Numbered from the stretch's first letter, positions 29,469 through 40,044 are shown. The stretch: 64,000 nucleotides of DNA from a virus (IMGVR_UViG_2541046997_000001:35307-99306), one strand, 5' to 3'. Made by a program: numbers and translations. The notes: generated by a model not told the origin, from the sequence alone.

Positions 29469-31340
29469 CTATTTATCTTCGCTATCAATATTTTTTATAG
29501 TTTCTTTAATATCATTGATAAATGGACTTACTATTTTCCTATCATCGTTATAGAAATCAACATAGGACATATATAATTCTTTCTCTGCTCTTGTGATCGC
29601 AACATAAAATAATCGACGCTCGTCATTTATATTTTCACTTTTATAATGTGGTAATAGTTCATCGTTACATCCGATTATAAACACGACAGGATATTCCATG
29701 CCTTTTGATTTATGAATTGTAAGTAATTTGACTTTATCATCATATTTGCTTTTTATTTCTAATTCGTTGTCTAGGTCATTTATGTATGAAATGAATTCGT
29801 CAATGGAAGAATACCTTGAACAGATATTTTCAAAACTGTTAAGGTTATCAATTTGTTCAACATAACTTCCATCATCTGACTGTTTCCCTTTTGTGACAAA
29901 TTTATCAATATTTAATCTGTCTCTTAAGTATTTCACTAATTCAGAAACATCAGAATTTTTGTTGCTTTTTAAATGAGTTATAACCTCAATAATTTCATCT
30001 ATACCGTTTTTAAATCGCCAATTTCGCCTATCAATCGTAAACATCGATTCATATAAAGATGTATTTCTCCTAAAACTATTGTCTTTTACTTCTTTGAGGA
30101 ACTTTCTATCTAACCATCGGTTTGGTTTGTTATATAAATATGAAAATGCATCATTATCACCAGTATTCGCTGCTAATTTCAAATAAGAAATAATTAATTT
30201 GATTTCTGATAACTCAGTAAAACTTTTTCCGTCAACAATATCAAATGCAATATCTTCATCGTGTAATATTGTTTCTAATTTTTGTAACTGAGCATTTGTT
30301 CTTGCGAGAATAGCAATATCGTTGTAATTATATCCTTTGAATTTTAATTCGCTTATTTTTGTCGCAATCCATTTGCTTTCTTTATGATCACTTATAAAAT
30401 GTCTTAATTCAGGTGTTTTGATATCATCTTTATACGCTATGCTTTCTACATAATTCTTGTGCTTAGAATCAGGAATATTTAATGCTAGTTTATTCGCCGT
30501 TGAAACAATGTTTTTACTACATCTATAATTCGTATTCAGATTTATAATCTTCACATCTGAATAATCTGAATCAAAATTTAAAATAAATTTACTGTCTCCA
30601 CCTCTAAATGAATAAATTGCCTGTAATGGATCTCCTACAATCATAGTATTTTCTGTATTTAATTTTTTCAAAAGAAGAGCCTGTGATATTGAAATGTCTT
30701 GAAACTCATCAACTAAAACATACTTAAATTTATTTTTGTATATTTCTAAAACAGAGTTATTTTTATCAAACACCTCATTAGCCATATTCATAAAATCATC
30801 AAATTCAATATAATAATTTACTTGCTTGTAATTTTCATATAACTTATATATTTGCTGCATAATTAATTCAGGAAATGGAATCTCTTTATTGTAAATTAAA
30901 ACATCATCTGGATTTTTCATATTCGTTTTTTGTAATGCAATAAAAGATAAAATTTCGTTATGTGGAACAGCATCAGGAAAACATAGCGATAATTCTGTGC
31001 ATATATCTTTGATTATCTTTTCTTTCTCCCATTGAGCCGTCCATACTTTATATTTGTTTATTCCATATGCAGTAGAAATAATTTTCAGTGCAAATGAATG
31101 GAAGGTTTCTATTGAGACATTTAATATGTTTAATTCTTGCATTTTTGACACAATATTATCTTTCGCTTTTTTACTAAAAGTTATCGCTAAAATAGAAGAC
31201 TGTGGAATATTATGGTTTACAACCATGTTTTCAATTCTATGAGTTAATACAGTTGTTTTCCCGGATCCTGCCGCAGCAATAACAGAAATGTTTCCGCTTA
31301 TTGTATTTATAACTTCCTCTTGTTGTTTATTAAAATTCAT
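29469..31340 (-). CDS. UvrD/PcrA-family SF1 helicase
   Basis: AAAGSGKT, LVDEFQD, VGDPLQAIYSFRG, NYRCS, TIHKSKGMEYPVV, ERRLFYVAITRA. Confidence 0.95.
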   Translation of the reverse strand: MNFNKQQEEVINTISGNISVIAAAGSGKTTVLTHRIENMVVNHNIPQSSILAITFSKKAKDNIVSKMQELNILNVSIETFHSFALKIISTAYGINKYKVWTAQWEKEKIIKDICTELSLCFPDAVPHNEILSFIALQKTNMKNPDDVLIYNKEIPFPELIMQQIYKLYENYKQVNYYIEFDDFMNMANEVFDKNNSVLEIYKNKFKYVLVDEFQDISISQALLLKKLNTENTMIVGDPLQAIYSFRGGDSKFILNFDSDYSDVKIINLNTNYRCSKNIVSTANKLALNIPDSKHKNYVESIAYKDDIKTPELRHFISDHKESKWIATKISELKFKGYNYNDIAILARTNAQLQKLETILHDEDIAFDIVDGKSFTELSEIKLIISYLKLAANTGDNDAFSYLYNKPNRWLDRKFLKEVKDNSFRRNTSLYESMFTIDRRNWRFKNGIDEIIEVITHLKSNKNSDVSELVKYLRDRLNIDKFVTKGKQSDDGSYVEQIDNLNSFENICSRYSSIDEFISYINDLDNELEIKSKYDDKVKLLTIHKSKGMEYPVVFIIGCNDELLPHYKSENINDERRLFYVAITRAEKELYMSYVDFYNDDRKIVSPFINDIKETIKNIDSEDK

Positions 31341-31347
31341 TATCTTA

Positions 31348-32448
31348 TTATCCTTTCTTTGATGGTGTAATTTTCAGAGAATAATCATCGTCAATAGTTT
31401 TTTCTCTTATTCTATGACCAAGATACTCAGTATTTTTATCAATAGTGATTTCACATAAATTTTGAAAACATAAAGTATAATCGTCTTTTTCTGAATAAGA
31501 AATATACTTATTTGGATTCTTATCAAATCTTTTTCCTGCATTTTCAATCAACATCTTAGTAAACTCTTCGTTGAATTCACCTATTAAATTATCTGTTTGG
31601 AAATTTCCAAATTGATCTAATACAAAGTTGCATTTATCCAGGTTGACATAATAAGCCTCATAAGTTTTGAAAACACACTTGATTTTCTTTTTGTAAAGTT
31701 CTCTCTTTAATACTTCTCCAAATAGTTTTGATTTTTTACTGTAATATCTTTCTCCGGCATTTTCGATTCTAGCTGCTTTATCAGCAATTGATACACAATG
31801 AGAGTAATAGTTCATCTCGTCTTCAGAAGCTTGATGACTTTCAATAGAAATATCAACATGAATATTACCGTGTTCATCAATTACACTTTCGCCACTAGAT
31901 ATTTCTTCACTTACTCTGTATACTTCTCTCCAAATAATTAATCCAGCTGATTTTAAATAATCAAGAGCATTGGTAATATACCATTCAATCATGTCGTCTG
32001 CTTTATCGTAAAATTCATTAATAGTATCAAGAGAACATTGTGTTTCTTTACTGGTATCTTCTTTGTTATATTTAACGAGATTATAATTTTTATTTACCAT
32101 ATTTATTTCTCTCGCCCATTTTCCAACAGTAATATCAATTTTATTATTTTCATCATGACCATTAATTAAGTTGGTAAGCAGCAATGGTACGATATATTGG
32201 TATAAGGATTTCGTCATCTTATTGAAATTTGATGGAAGAGGATAATCATACACGTTAGTTATTTTATATGTACGATCTCCTAAATCCTTAATGGTACAAT
32301 AACGAGACATTTTAGTTAGTAGAGTTTTTTTATAATTACTTACGAAGCGTCCATTTTCTTTGTAAGATTTTTTCTGAGCTTCGCTTCCATATAACTCTAC
32401 TAATTTCTTTTCTGTAAGTTTTCCTTTTTTGATAGTTGGTTTTTCCAT
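31348..32448 (-). CDS. Hypothetical protein (possible replication protein)
   Basis: GGAGG RBS before ATG at 32448; downstream of a palindrome-rich intergenic region. Confidence 0.6.
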   Translation of the reverse strand: MEKPTIKKGKLTEKKLVELYGSEAQKKSYKENGRFVSNYKKTLLTKMSRYCTIKDLGDRTYKITNVYDYPLPSNFNKMTKSLYQYIVPLLLTNLINGHDENNKIDITVGKWAREINMVNKNYNLVKYNKEDTSKETQCSLDTINEFYDKADDMIEWYITNALDYLKSAGLIIWREVYRVSEEISSGESVIDEHGNIHVDISIESHQASEDEMNYYSHCVSIADKAARIENAGERYYSKKSKLFGEVLKRELYKKKIKCVFKTYEAYYVNLDKCNFVLDQFGNFQTDNLIGEFNEEFTKMLIENAGKRFDKNPNKYISYSEKDDYTLCFQNLCEITIDKNTEYLGHRIREKTIDDDYSLKITPSKKG

Positions 32449-33034
32449 GAATTTTCCTCCTAAAATAAGTGTTTTATTATTTTTTGCAAAGTAAAAATGC
32501 CAGTTTTCCTTGTAAAATAAGCGTTTTTCACGATTTTCGCATCCTTTCATTCCTCCCTAATATATATATATAATATATAGGGAGACTTTAAAGGATGCCG
32601 TTTTGCTGAAAAAGCCCGTAGTTATAATGTATTCCATGATTTTTACTTGAAAATTTTCTCCCTTTTTTAGAAAAAAATAGTACGCAAAGGGGGTGTGGGG
32701 GAAATGCAAAAAAGATCATAATTCATTTAGTCGCACTAGCATTTTGTGAGCTTTAGCGAACAATATGCGTATGTAAGACTTATGAATTTGGTCTTCTTTC
32801 CCCCACTATTAGTAATTCACTGTTTCAAATAAATTTTTACTATAATTATTAATGTATTAATTCGGGGATATCCCCGTACCCCTTATTGGCTCCAAATCCA
32901 TAATTTCTATTTCCTTTACATATCTAAACAGAAGAGTGATAGTACTTCAGAAAATCCGTAAACGTCTTTTCCTTGTACTTCCGTCTTTATTTTCCTATCG
33001 GAAAATTAAATCCGGATATTTTTATTTATATTGA

Positions 33035-33880
33035 CTATTTCTCTTTCTTTTCTACCGGTGTATCAAAAATAGTTTTATATTGTTCACATGGTAGAACTTG
33101 GTCATTTTTCGTAATTCTATATTTCAATAAATTCTTGTGTATAATTTCTTCAATCATTTTTCTGTATTTAGGAACAAATTCATATGGCTCTAAAGGGTAA
33201 CATGTTTCCAAATTATTTTCGTAACAGTAATCTGCCTGAATTTGATATGGATCCAATCCATATGTTTTCTTTAATTCCATTAGGATTTCTTTATATAATT
33301 CACCTCTTGTAATATTGAAATGTTCTTCTAATAATTTATATTTGGGACTCATTTTAGAAAACCATGGATTATATGGTTTCTTGTATGTAGTCAGTTTATT
33401 TAACTGTTCTTGTTGCACAGATAATTGTTTTTCAATTTTAGATAGTCGTCTTTCTTGCTTTTCTATAACGTCCACGAATTTATTTAATATAGTTGTAATA
33501 CGTGACATGTCCATAATTTCATTACTACGGTATTTTTCTACAATATCCCATACCCAGTCCATGAATTTATTTGCTAATGGTTGTCTTGACCACCTACAAA
33601 TTTCCATAATTCCTCGTTGGGTATAATAGATACGTTCTTGCTCTTCACTTTTTGAGGTTGGCTCGTTCTGGAGTCCCCCTAATTTTATTTGTACAGAAAA
33701 TAAATCTAACCTGTCTTTATGTTTTCTGTGTAAATTTTTTATCGCAGTAGATGGATTAGAATATTCCAAAGCTTGACCAATTTGTTCACGAGTAAGAAGG
33801 ATGTCATCGTTCATATTTCTATAAAAGTTACATTCTAAATTTCCAAAGTTCTCTGTTGTTACCAATTTTAAATTACTCAT
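33035..33880 (-). CDS. Bro-N-like DNA-binding/antirepressor protein
   Basis: LLTREQIGQALEYSNP..AIKNLHRKHKDRL...YYTQRGIMEICRWSRQPLANKFMDWVWD. Confidence 0.8.
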   Translation of the reverse strand: MSNLKLVTTENFGNLECNFYRNMNDDILLTREQIGQALEYSNPSTAIKNLHRKHKDRLDLFSVQIKLGGLQNEPTSKSEEQERIYYTQRGIMEICRWSRQPLANKFMDWVWDIVEKYRSNEIMDMSRITTILNKFVDVIEKQERRLSKIEKQLSVQQEQLNKLTTYKKPYNPWFSKMSPKYKLLEEHFNITRGELYKEILMELKKTYGLDPYQIQADYCYENNLETCYPLEPYEFVPKYRKMIEEIIHKNLLKYRITKNDQVLPCEQYKTIFDTPVEKKEK

Positions 33881-34006
33881 ATATTTCTTCCTTTCTTAAG
33901 TCGACAAATTAATATTTGATATAATCAGTGATTCTCTCTTGATTTGGAAATATGTGTAAAAATTTCTTTTGTTATGATATTATGTAGATAAATATAAAGA
34001 GGAGGT

Positions 34007-34534
34007 TTGGATATGAATTTTCGAGATGAGCTAAATGAAATATGTAGAACGCCTGAAGAGGTTGCCGCAGAGAAAAGTAGCAAGGAATATAAAGAAGGGG
34101 CGGAATGTGCTACCTATGTACATAGCTACATTAAAGATGAAATTCGTAAAAGGGTTAAAAATGGTGAGTATGAAATTATAGACAGGAAGAAACATGTAAA
34201 ATTTTATACAGATAAAGATACTTTTCCTTTTGGATTATATGGGCATCCTGTAATACGTGATTTTCGTGTAAATAAAAGTTTTTTTAACAAACTTGGAGAT
34301 TATCGTGTAAAAGTATATTACAATATTTTTGATATTGATTATTATCATGGATTTATGGATACCTTCACTAAATTGATAGAAGAAGATCATATTCATGTTG
34401 AAATAATAGGATTTTATGATAAACCTAATTCGATTCACAACGTCGAGTTTGTTCCGACAGATGGAGTTATTTTTGATTCCGCTGTATCGAAATATAATTT
34501 TTCTATCTTAGGAAAATGTGAGATTACATTTTAA
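34007..34534 (+). CDS. Hypothetical protein (moron-like)
   Basis: ORF with GAGGAGG RBS. Confidence 0.7.
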   Translation: MDMNFRDELNEICRTPEEVAAEKSSKEYKEGAECATYVHSYIKDEIRKRVKNGEYEIIDRKKHVKFYTDKDTFPFGLYGHPVIRDFRVNKSFFNKLGDYRVKVYYNIFDIDYYHGFMDTFTKLIEEDHIHVEIIGFYDKPNSIHNVEFVPTDGVIFDSAVSKYNFSILGKCEITF

Positions 34535-34847
34535 GTTTATTCGTTGGCGTGGCTAGTAGAATTCTTTAGGGGCGATTTATGGAGTATTCTGATCGTATAG
34601 AGCGTAGAATAGATTTTATATATCCATATGAATACTTCTTAGGGTACAGACATAAAATCGAAATTTAAGTCTGAGATTTAAAAATTTTACATAGTTCTTT
34701 CCTTATTATATATAGGTTCAATAAAACATGGTTTTAGAAAAAACAATTTCTTTCTGTTATCTTTTATAAGAGCATGCAAACATACTTTCGATTTTTCTGG
34801 ATATTTGAAAAATATTTTGTTATGATATAAGTAAGAATATACGAAAC

Positions 34848-36377
34848 ATGGAGAGTGATTGTTTGAGTAACAAATCATATATATCGATAGATTTAAAAAG
34901 TTTCTATGCATCAGTGGAGTGTATAGAACGAGGGCTAGATCCGCTAACAACGAATTTAGTTGTTGCGGACAATAGTCGTACAGAAAAGACCATTTGCTTG
35001 GCAGTAACTCCTTCCTTAAAATCATATGGCATTTCAGGCAGACCAAGATTATTTGAGGTTGTTCAACAAGTAGATAAGATAAATGCAAGTAGATTCTATC
35101 AATTAAAAAATAAGGAGTTTACTGGAAATTCTTACGATAAAAAAGATTTAGATAAAAATTTGAATCTAAAAGTTGATTATATAGTTGCTCCTCCGCGAAT
35201 GGCTTTTTACATGAAATACAGTGCAGAAATTTATAATATTTATCTGAAATATGTTTCACCAGAAGATATCCATGTATATTCTATTGATGAAGTATTTATA
35301 GATGCAACTTCTTATTTAAATGTATACGGATTGTCTGCAAAAGAATTAACACAGAAGATGATTTTAGATGTACTGAATACTACTGGCATTACCGCAACCG
35401 CCGGAATCGGAACAAATTTGTATTTGGCAAAAGTTGCTATGGACATTGTTGCAAAGCATATTCCGGCAGATGAACACGGAGTCAGAATTGCTGAATTGGA
35501 TGAGATGTCTTACCGTAAGCAACTTTGGAATCATAAACCTCTCATAGATTTTTGGCGAGTGGGAAAAGGATACGTAAAACAATTAGAGTCCGTTGGTTTA
35601 TATACGATGGGAGATATTGCAAGATGTTCACTGGGTACTGAAAATGATTTTTACAATGAAGACTTGCTGCGAAAAATGTTTGGTAAAAATGCGGAATTAT
35701 TAATCGACCATGCATGGGGATATGAACCATGTGCTATTGCAGATATTAAGAAATATAAGCCTGAGAGCAATAGTATTGGGAGTGGACAGGTGCTTCAAAA
35801 TGGAACAGATTATAAAACTACAAAATTAATTGTCCGTGAAATGACAGAGAACTTAGTTTTGGATCTAGTAAGTAAAAATCTTGTTACAGATCAGATTGTG
35901 TTAACAATAGGATATGATAGAGAAAATTTATTGGATTCCGCAAGGATGAGTGCATATCAAGGTGAGTTTTCTGTCGATCAATATGGTAGAAAGATACCTA
36001 AACATGCACATGGAACGATTAATTTGGGTGAGCACACATCTTCTACGAGTATGATTGTAAAAGACGTTTTAGATCTGTTTGAAAGAATCATAAACAAGAA
36101 CTTATTAGTAAGAAGGCTTAATATGTCGGCTAATCATGTAATAAATAAAAATTCTGCCATGAAGAATACTTATGAGCAGTTAAATTTATTTGATTTGATG
36201 AACAAGCAAGAGTGTAAAGAAGAGAAGGAGCTTCAAGAAAAAGAGGAAAATATTCAAAAGGCTGTTTTAAATATTAAAAATAAATTTGGAAAGAATGCGA
36301 TTCTCAAAGGGATGAGTCTACAAGAAGGTGCGACTATGAGAGATAGAAATAATCAGATAGGTGGACATAAGGCATAG
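34848..36377 (+). CDS. Y-family DNA polymerase (UmuC/DinB/UvrX-like)
   Basis: SIDLKSFYASVEC, YSIDEVFID, TAGIGTNLYLAKVAMD, FWRVGKG; start may be the TTG at 34863. Confidence 0.95.
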   Translation: MESDCLSNKSYISIDLKSFYASVECIERGLDPLTTNLVVADNSRTEKTICLAVTPSLKSYGISGRPRLFEVVQQVDKINASRFYQLKNKEFTGNSYDKKDLDKNLNLKVDYIVAPPRMAFYMKYSAEIYNIYLKYVSPEDIHVYSIDEVFIDATSYLNVYGLSAKELTQKMILDVLNTTGITATAGIGTNLYLAKVAMDIVAKHIPADEHGVRIAELDEMSYRKQLWNHKPLIDFWRVGKGYVKQLESVGLYTMGDIARCSLGTENDFYNEDLLRKMFGKNAELLIDHAWGYEPCAIADIKKYKPESNSIGSGQVLQNGTDYKTTKLIVREMTENLVLDLVSKNLVTDQIVLTIGYDRENLLDSARMSAYQGEFSVDQYGRKIPKHAHGTINLGEHTSSTSMIVKDVLDLFERIINKNLLVRRLNMSANHVINKNSAMKNTYEQLNLFDLMNKQECKEEKELQEKEENIQKAVLNIKNKFGKNAILKGMSLQEGATMRDRNNQIGGHKA

Positions 36378-36390
36378 AGGAGGGATAGTT

Positions 36391-36819
36391 TTGAGTGGGA
36401 AATATGATGATATTATAAAACTTCCACGTTTTGTTTCTAAGAAGTATCCGCAAATGAGTATGCATGACAGAGCTGCACAATTTTCACCATTTGCTGCACT
36501 GACAGGATACGATGATTTAGTTAAGGAAACTGCCCGAATTACTGATCAGAAAGTTGAATTAGACGAGTATATTTTGGATAATTTGAATGAAAGGTTATGC
36601 ATTCTGAAGAAGAATTTGAGTGAGAGAGTAGAAGTTAAGATTACTTATTTCCAGGAAGATTTAAAGAAGTCTGGAGGAAGGTATTTAGAAAAGCAAGGTA
36701 TTATTAAGAAAATAGATGAGTTTAAAGGTTATGTTATATTTGAAGATGGTGCAATTATTCCGATAGGTAATATTTGTGAAATTGAGTGTGGCTTATTCCA
36801 AGAAGAAATGTTTTCGTAG
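36391..36819 (+). CDS. yolD: YolD-like protein
   Basis: YDDIIKLP...QMSMHDRAAQFSPFAALTGY; adjacent to the Y-family polymerase. Confidence 0.85.
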   Translation: MSGKYDDIIKLPRFVSKKYPQMSMHDRAAQFSPFAALTGYDDLVKETARITDQKVELDEYILDNLNERLCILKKNLSERVEVKITYFQEDLKKSGGRYLEKQGIIKKIDEFKGYVIFEDGAIIPIGNICEIECGLFQEEMFS

Positions 36820-37353
36820 GTAGATATGAAATTTATTTTTAAGAAATTAAGTATGAATTTTTAAAGATCAGTCTCAGGATTGGTCTTTTTTTGATGCGAA
36901 ATTTTATGTAAAAAGTTCAGGTGGGTCGATAGGATAGATTATAGAGTACGGTGTTTCTCGAATGTTTTGGTAAAAAAATTTGAGTATTGAAAAACGGACT
37001 TCGGTGGAGAGGAATATTCGTGAGTCAAAATATGTTGTATGTAAGGATAATTTTTGAGATTCTAAGATGTGAATTTTGTGAGTGAGAGGGTGGTAGAATT
37101 CTGTAATTTATGGTGTCTTCGATAAAAAGTTGTATTTATGGGATATTATGGAAGAAATACGGGTAAAATTAATGATTTTGGTATAGATGGGGTGTGAAAA
37201 GTGCGATAAATAAAGAGGCTGTCGAAGTCATTATCGAACTAAAAATGGTTGATTTGAGATCGAAAATCTGGTCATGGCGTGTGGATGGAACCCATTCCCA
37301 GTATTTGGCAGCACTAATATATTGCATAAATGTAAAATACCCCCGGTCTGAAT

Positions 37354-37383
37354 AATAGTGTAATAGTATAGTATTACACTATT
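37354..37383. repeat. Perfect 12-bp inverted repeat with 6-bp spacer (dif-like)
   Basis: AATAGTGTAATA-gtatag-TATTACACTATT. Confidence 0.9.
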
Positions 37384-38090
37384 TTGAGGACTTTTTGCGT
37401 ATCCTTAAAATGGCGAAAATTATTGATATAGGACTTTTAGGAGTGGGGCGGGGGGAGTAAAACAGGGGTTGCGATTTGCATGCAAACTAGTGCGGAATAT
37501 TGGCTATTTTGGGGTTCGGTTTTCTGTAGGGACTTAAATTTTTACAAAAAATAAATAAAAAACAATATATCTAAAATCAGATCATAATAATATAAGCAAA
37601 AAATAAAAGGAGTTCTCAGATACTCCTTTTGTATTAAAAACGACCATACATAATAACGCATATTATTATAAGTAGTTTAAAAAAATATATATAAAATTAT
37701 TTATATTAGATCTTTCTGCTCTGCTCTCCTTCTTGCGCCATTTCCGCCAGTAAATCCCACCGCATCCAATATTAGTAATCATTCCTATTTTCAAAAAATC
37801 CGCACTGGTAGCCAAACAAATTATACAGATCACAATCTAATATAATCATATTAAAGCCTACAACTCACACTGCCTATCATTAATCAGTTATCACTATCTA
37901 ATATACTTGCATAGCTATGCATATGCTATAACGATACTACAATATATATCTAATATATATATCATACTTGTATAGTTGTGCATATACAGCTTATAAAAGG
38001 CAACTGATACTATCTATATAATAGTAGTAATGCGTTGCCGTCTAAAGAGTCATAACGAAAAAGTGTATTTACATACTTTCTAATAAAATT

Positions 38091-38294
38091 CTAATAATGC
38101 TCTCTATATTTTGGGCAGTCCGATGAGCCTGAACAAATACAATTTAATCTGCAACTTTTTAATTTATTATTATAATATATACAACGTCTTTTATCTCGTC
38201 TATTAGTTTTGCGTTGGCCTGTTTCTATAATATGCCAGCCTTCTCCATTAAGCAATGCATGTACTCTATTTACATCCTTATGTCTCCTACTCAT
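38091..38294 (-). CDS. Small Cys-rich protein
   Basis: RRDKRRCIYYNNKLKSCRLNCICSGSSDCPKY; ATG overlaps the upstream stop. Confidence 0.6.
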   Translation of the reverse strand: MSRRHKDVNRVHALLNGEGWHIIETGQRKTNRRDKRRCIYYNNKLKSCRLNCICSGSSDCPKYREHY

Positions 38295-38730
38295 CACTTG
38301 TATCCTTTTCTTTGTATTTCTCACATTTTGATGATCCGATACACTTATATAAATAATGTCTGCATTTTTTACTTTCTTTGTCATAATAAAAACATCGTGC
38401 TTTGTGTCTGCGAGGTTCATTACTTTTCATATATCCAACGTGGCAAGGTGTTCCTATATTTCTACTTACTGCTATATATTCATTAGTGCGTTCATGTGTA
38501 CCGGCTTGCACAGGTAGGGGCACAAATACATCATTTTCTTTTTCAGTTTTCTTATTTTTGTAATATTTACAGCTATCAGATTTACAAAAAGTATTATATG
38601 CCAAGCTCATGCTATTATTACACGTTTGTCTTTCTTTGTTGTAATATATACAATCTTTCCCGAGTCTTCCTTGTTTTTTATGTTTATATGATTTTGATTT
38701 GCTATTTTTAATATGCAAAACATTAACCAT
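38287..38730 (-). CDS. Cys-rich protein with two copies of the same module
   Basis: KDCIYYNKERQTC...CKSDSCKYY and RRHKARCFYYDKESKKC...CIGSSKCEKY. Confidence 0.65.
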   Translation of the reverse strand: MVNVLHIKNSKSKSYKHKKQGRLGKDCIYYNKERQTCNNSMSLAYNTFCKSDSCKYYKNKKTEKENDVFVPLPVQAGTHERTNEYIAVSRNIGTPCHVGYMKSNEPRRHKARCFYYDKESKKCRHYLYKCIGSSKCEKYKEKDTSDE

Positions 38731-38731
38731 T

Positions 38732-38929
38732 TTAAGCACCTTTTTCATCAAGATCTTTTTTTATAAGTTCTTTTATATATCCCTGATATGACAGATTATT
38801 GTCATCGCAATATTTTGTAATTCGTTCATATTCAGATAACTGATTGTTAGTAAATTTTAGTTGTATATATTTGCTATTAGCATTATATTTTTTTATCGCT
38901 TTTAAAGTAGCTTCGCTCGTCTTTGCCAT
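38732..38929 (-). CDS. Ribbon-helix-helix/Arc-like DNA-binding protein
   Basis: KYIQLKF...YERITKYC...SYQGYIKELIKKDL. Confidence 0.65.
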   Translation of the reverse strand: MAKTSEATLKAIKKYNANSKYIQLKFTNNQLSEYERITKYCDDNNLSYQGYIKELIKKDLDEKGA

Positions 38930-39018
38930 ATTGCTATATCTCCTTTTATAAAGTCCTTTATATTATCATTTTATCTTTAATATGTCAATAATTCAATATA
39001 GCATAGTATATAATAAAC

Positions 39019-39118
39019 AATAAGCACCACCTATAATATATTTGTTATTATGCATATGTTATAAAACTTAAAAATATAAGCAACACCTATTGACTATAAG
39101 CAACACCTATATTATAAT
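39019..39118 (+). promoter_or_regulatory. SigA-type promoter overlapped by direct-repeat operators
   Basis: TTGACT(39090)-17-TATAAT(39113); TATAAGCAACACCTAT at 39075 and 39095, variant at 39019. Confidence 0.8.
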
Positions 39119-39169
39119 ACAACTATCAACAAGAGACACATAACAAACATACATAATAAAACTTGTTGA

Positions 39170-39830
39170 TACAGCACATTGATAATTTTTAGATACTACT
39201 AGCAAGTAAAGCGTATAGTAAAAAGCAATAGGGTAAATCTATCAACGCCACTCATGTAAGCGGAAAGCCGTATCATTTTACGATTGATAGTTCTGAAAAA
39301 AATCATTCATTAATGATTATTGTAGAATAGGGTAAACTTGATCTTGTTAGCAAGTCGTGAGTGTTAGCCACACTGAAAAACGGTTAGGGTAGTTACATAC
39401 CTTCTGAAAAGCCAGAAAAGCAACAGCGGATTATTAAACGCTTAAAATCCTATATTGGAAAGAAATGGATAAAATAATAAAGCAGTATCCGAATATATTG
39501 GGCGATACTGGCTAAACAATAAAAAACTAATATAACTTAATTCCGAAGGGAATTACAAATGTCGGAGGAGTCTGACTATAAAGAATCATCTAACGGGGAA
39601 CCGGTTGTGAACAGGTTTCAGAGGATAAAGAAAGAGTATATCCAGTGATCCTCTGCACGATATATTCAAAGAAAAAATACATTTTTTATTTTGACTATGC
39701 GAGGCATAGAGGACAAGCAAAGAAAGATCTATTTCGGGCAAAAGCGTAAGACTTGTAACAGTGAGTAGTAGAAATAACTTTACTTTTAATGTCTTCACAC
39801 ATGGCTTGCATAGATGAAAATAAAACAGCG
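39170..39830 (+). ncRNA. Candidate large structured RNA or leader; boundaries approximate
   Basis: No plus-strand ORF of 60 aa or more; more than 8 hairpins; repeated TAGGGTA...CTGAAAA module. Confidence 0.6.
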
Positions 39831-39861
39831 AATAATCAAATAAGCAAAGGAGATTAAGACA

Positions 39862-40044
39862 ATGGTAAACAAATATTATTTTTCCGAAGATAACCGGGAA
39901 TCACTTCCGGAAGTAATGGATAAAACATTTACAGAGGATCAGATAAAAGAAGTTTATCGTGATATTGTAGATAAAACAGAATACCATGACTTCAAGGAAT
40001 GGTTTTTTGATATGATAAAAAGTGGATTGATCTTGCACGGATAA
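39862..40044 (+). CDS. Hypothetical protein
   Basis: ORF track; RBS AAGGAG. Confidence 0.7.
   Translation: MVNKYYFSEDNRESLPEVMDKTFTEDQIKEVYRDIVDKTEYHDFKEWFFDMIKSGLILHG

Noticed and set aside
37860-38040. TA-rich quasi-repeats
   Set aside because: Low complexity with no consistent unit length.
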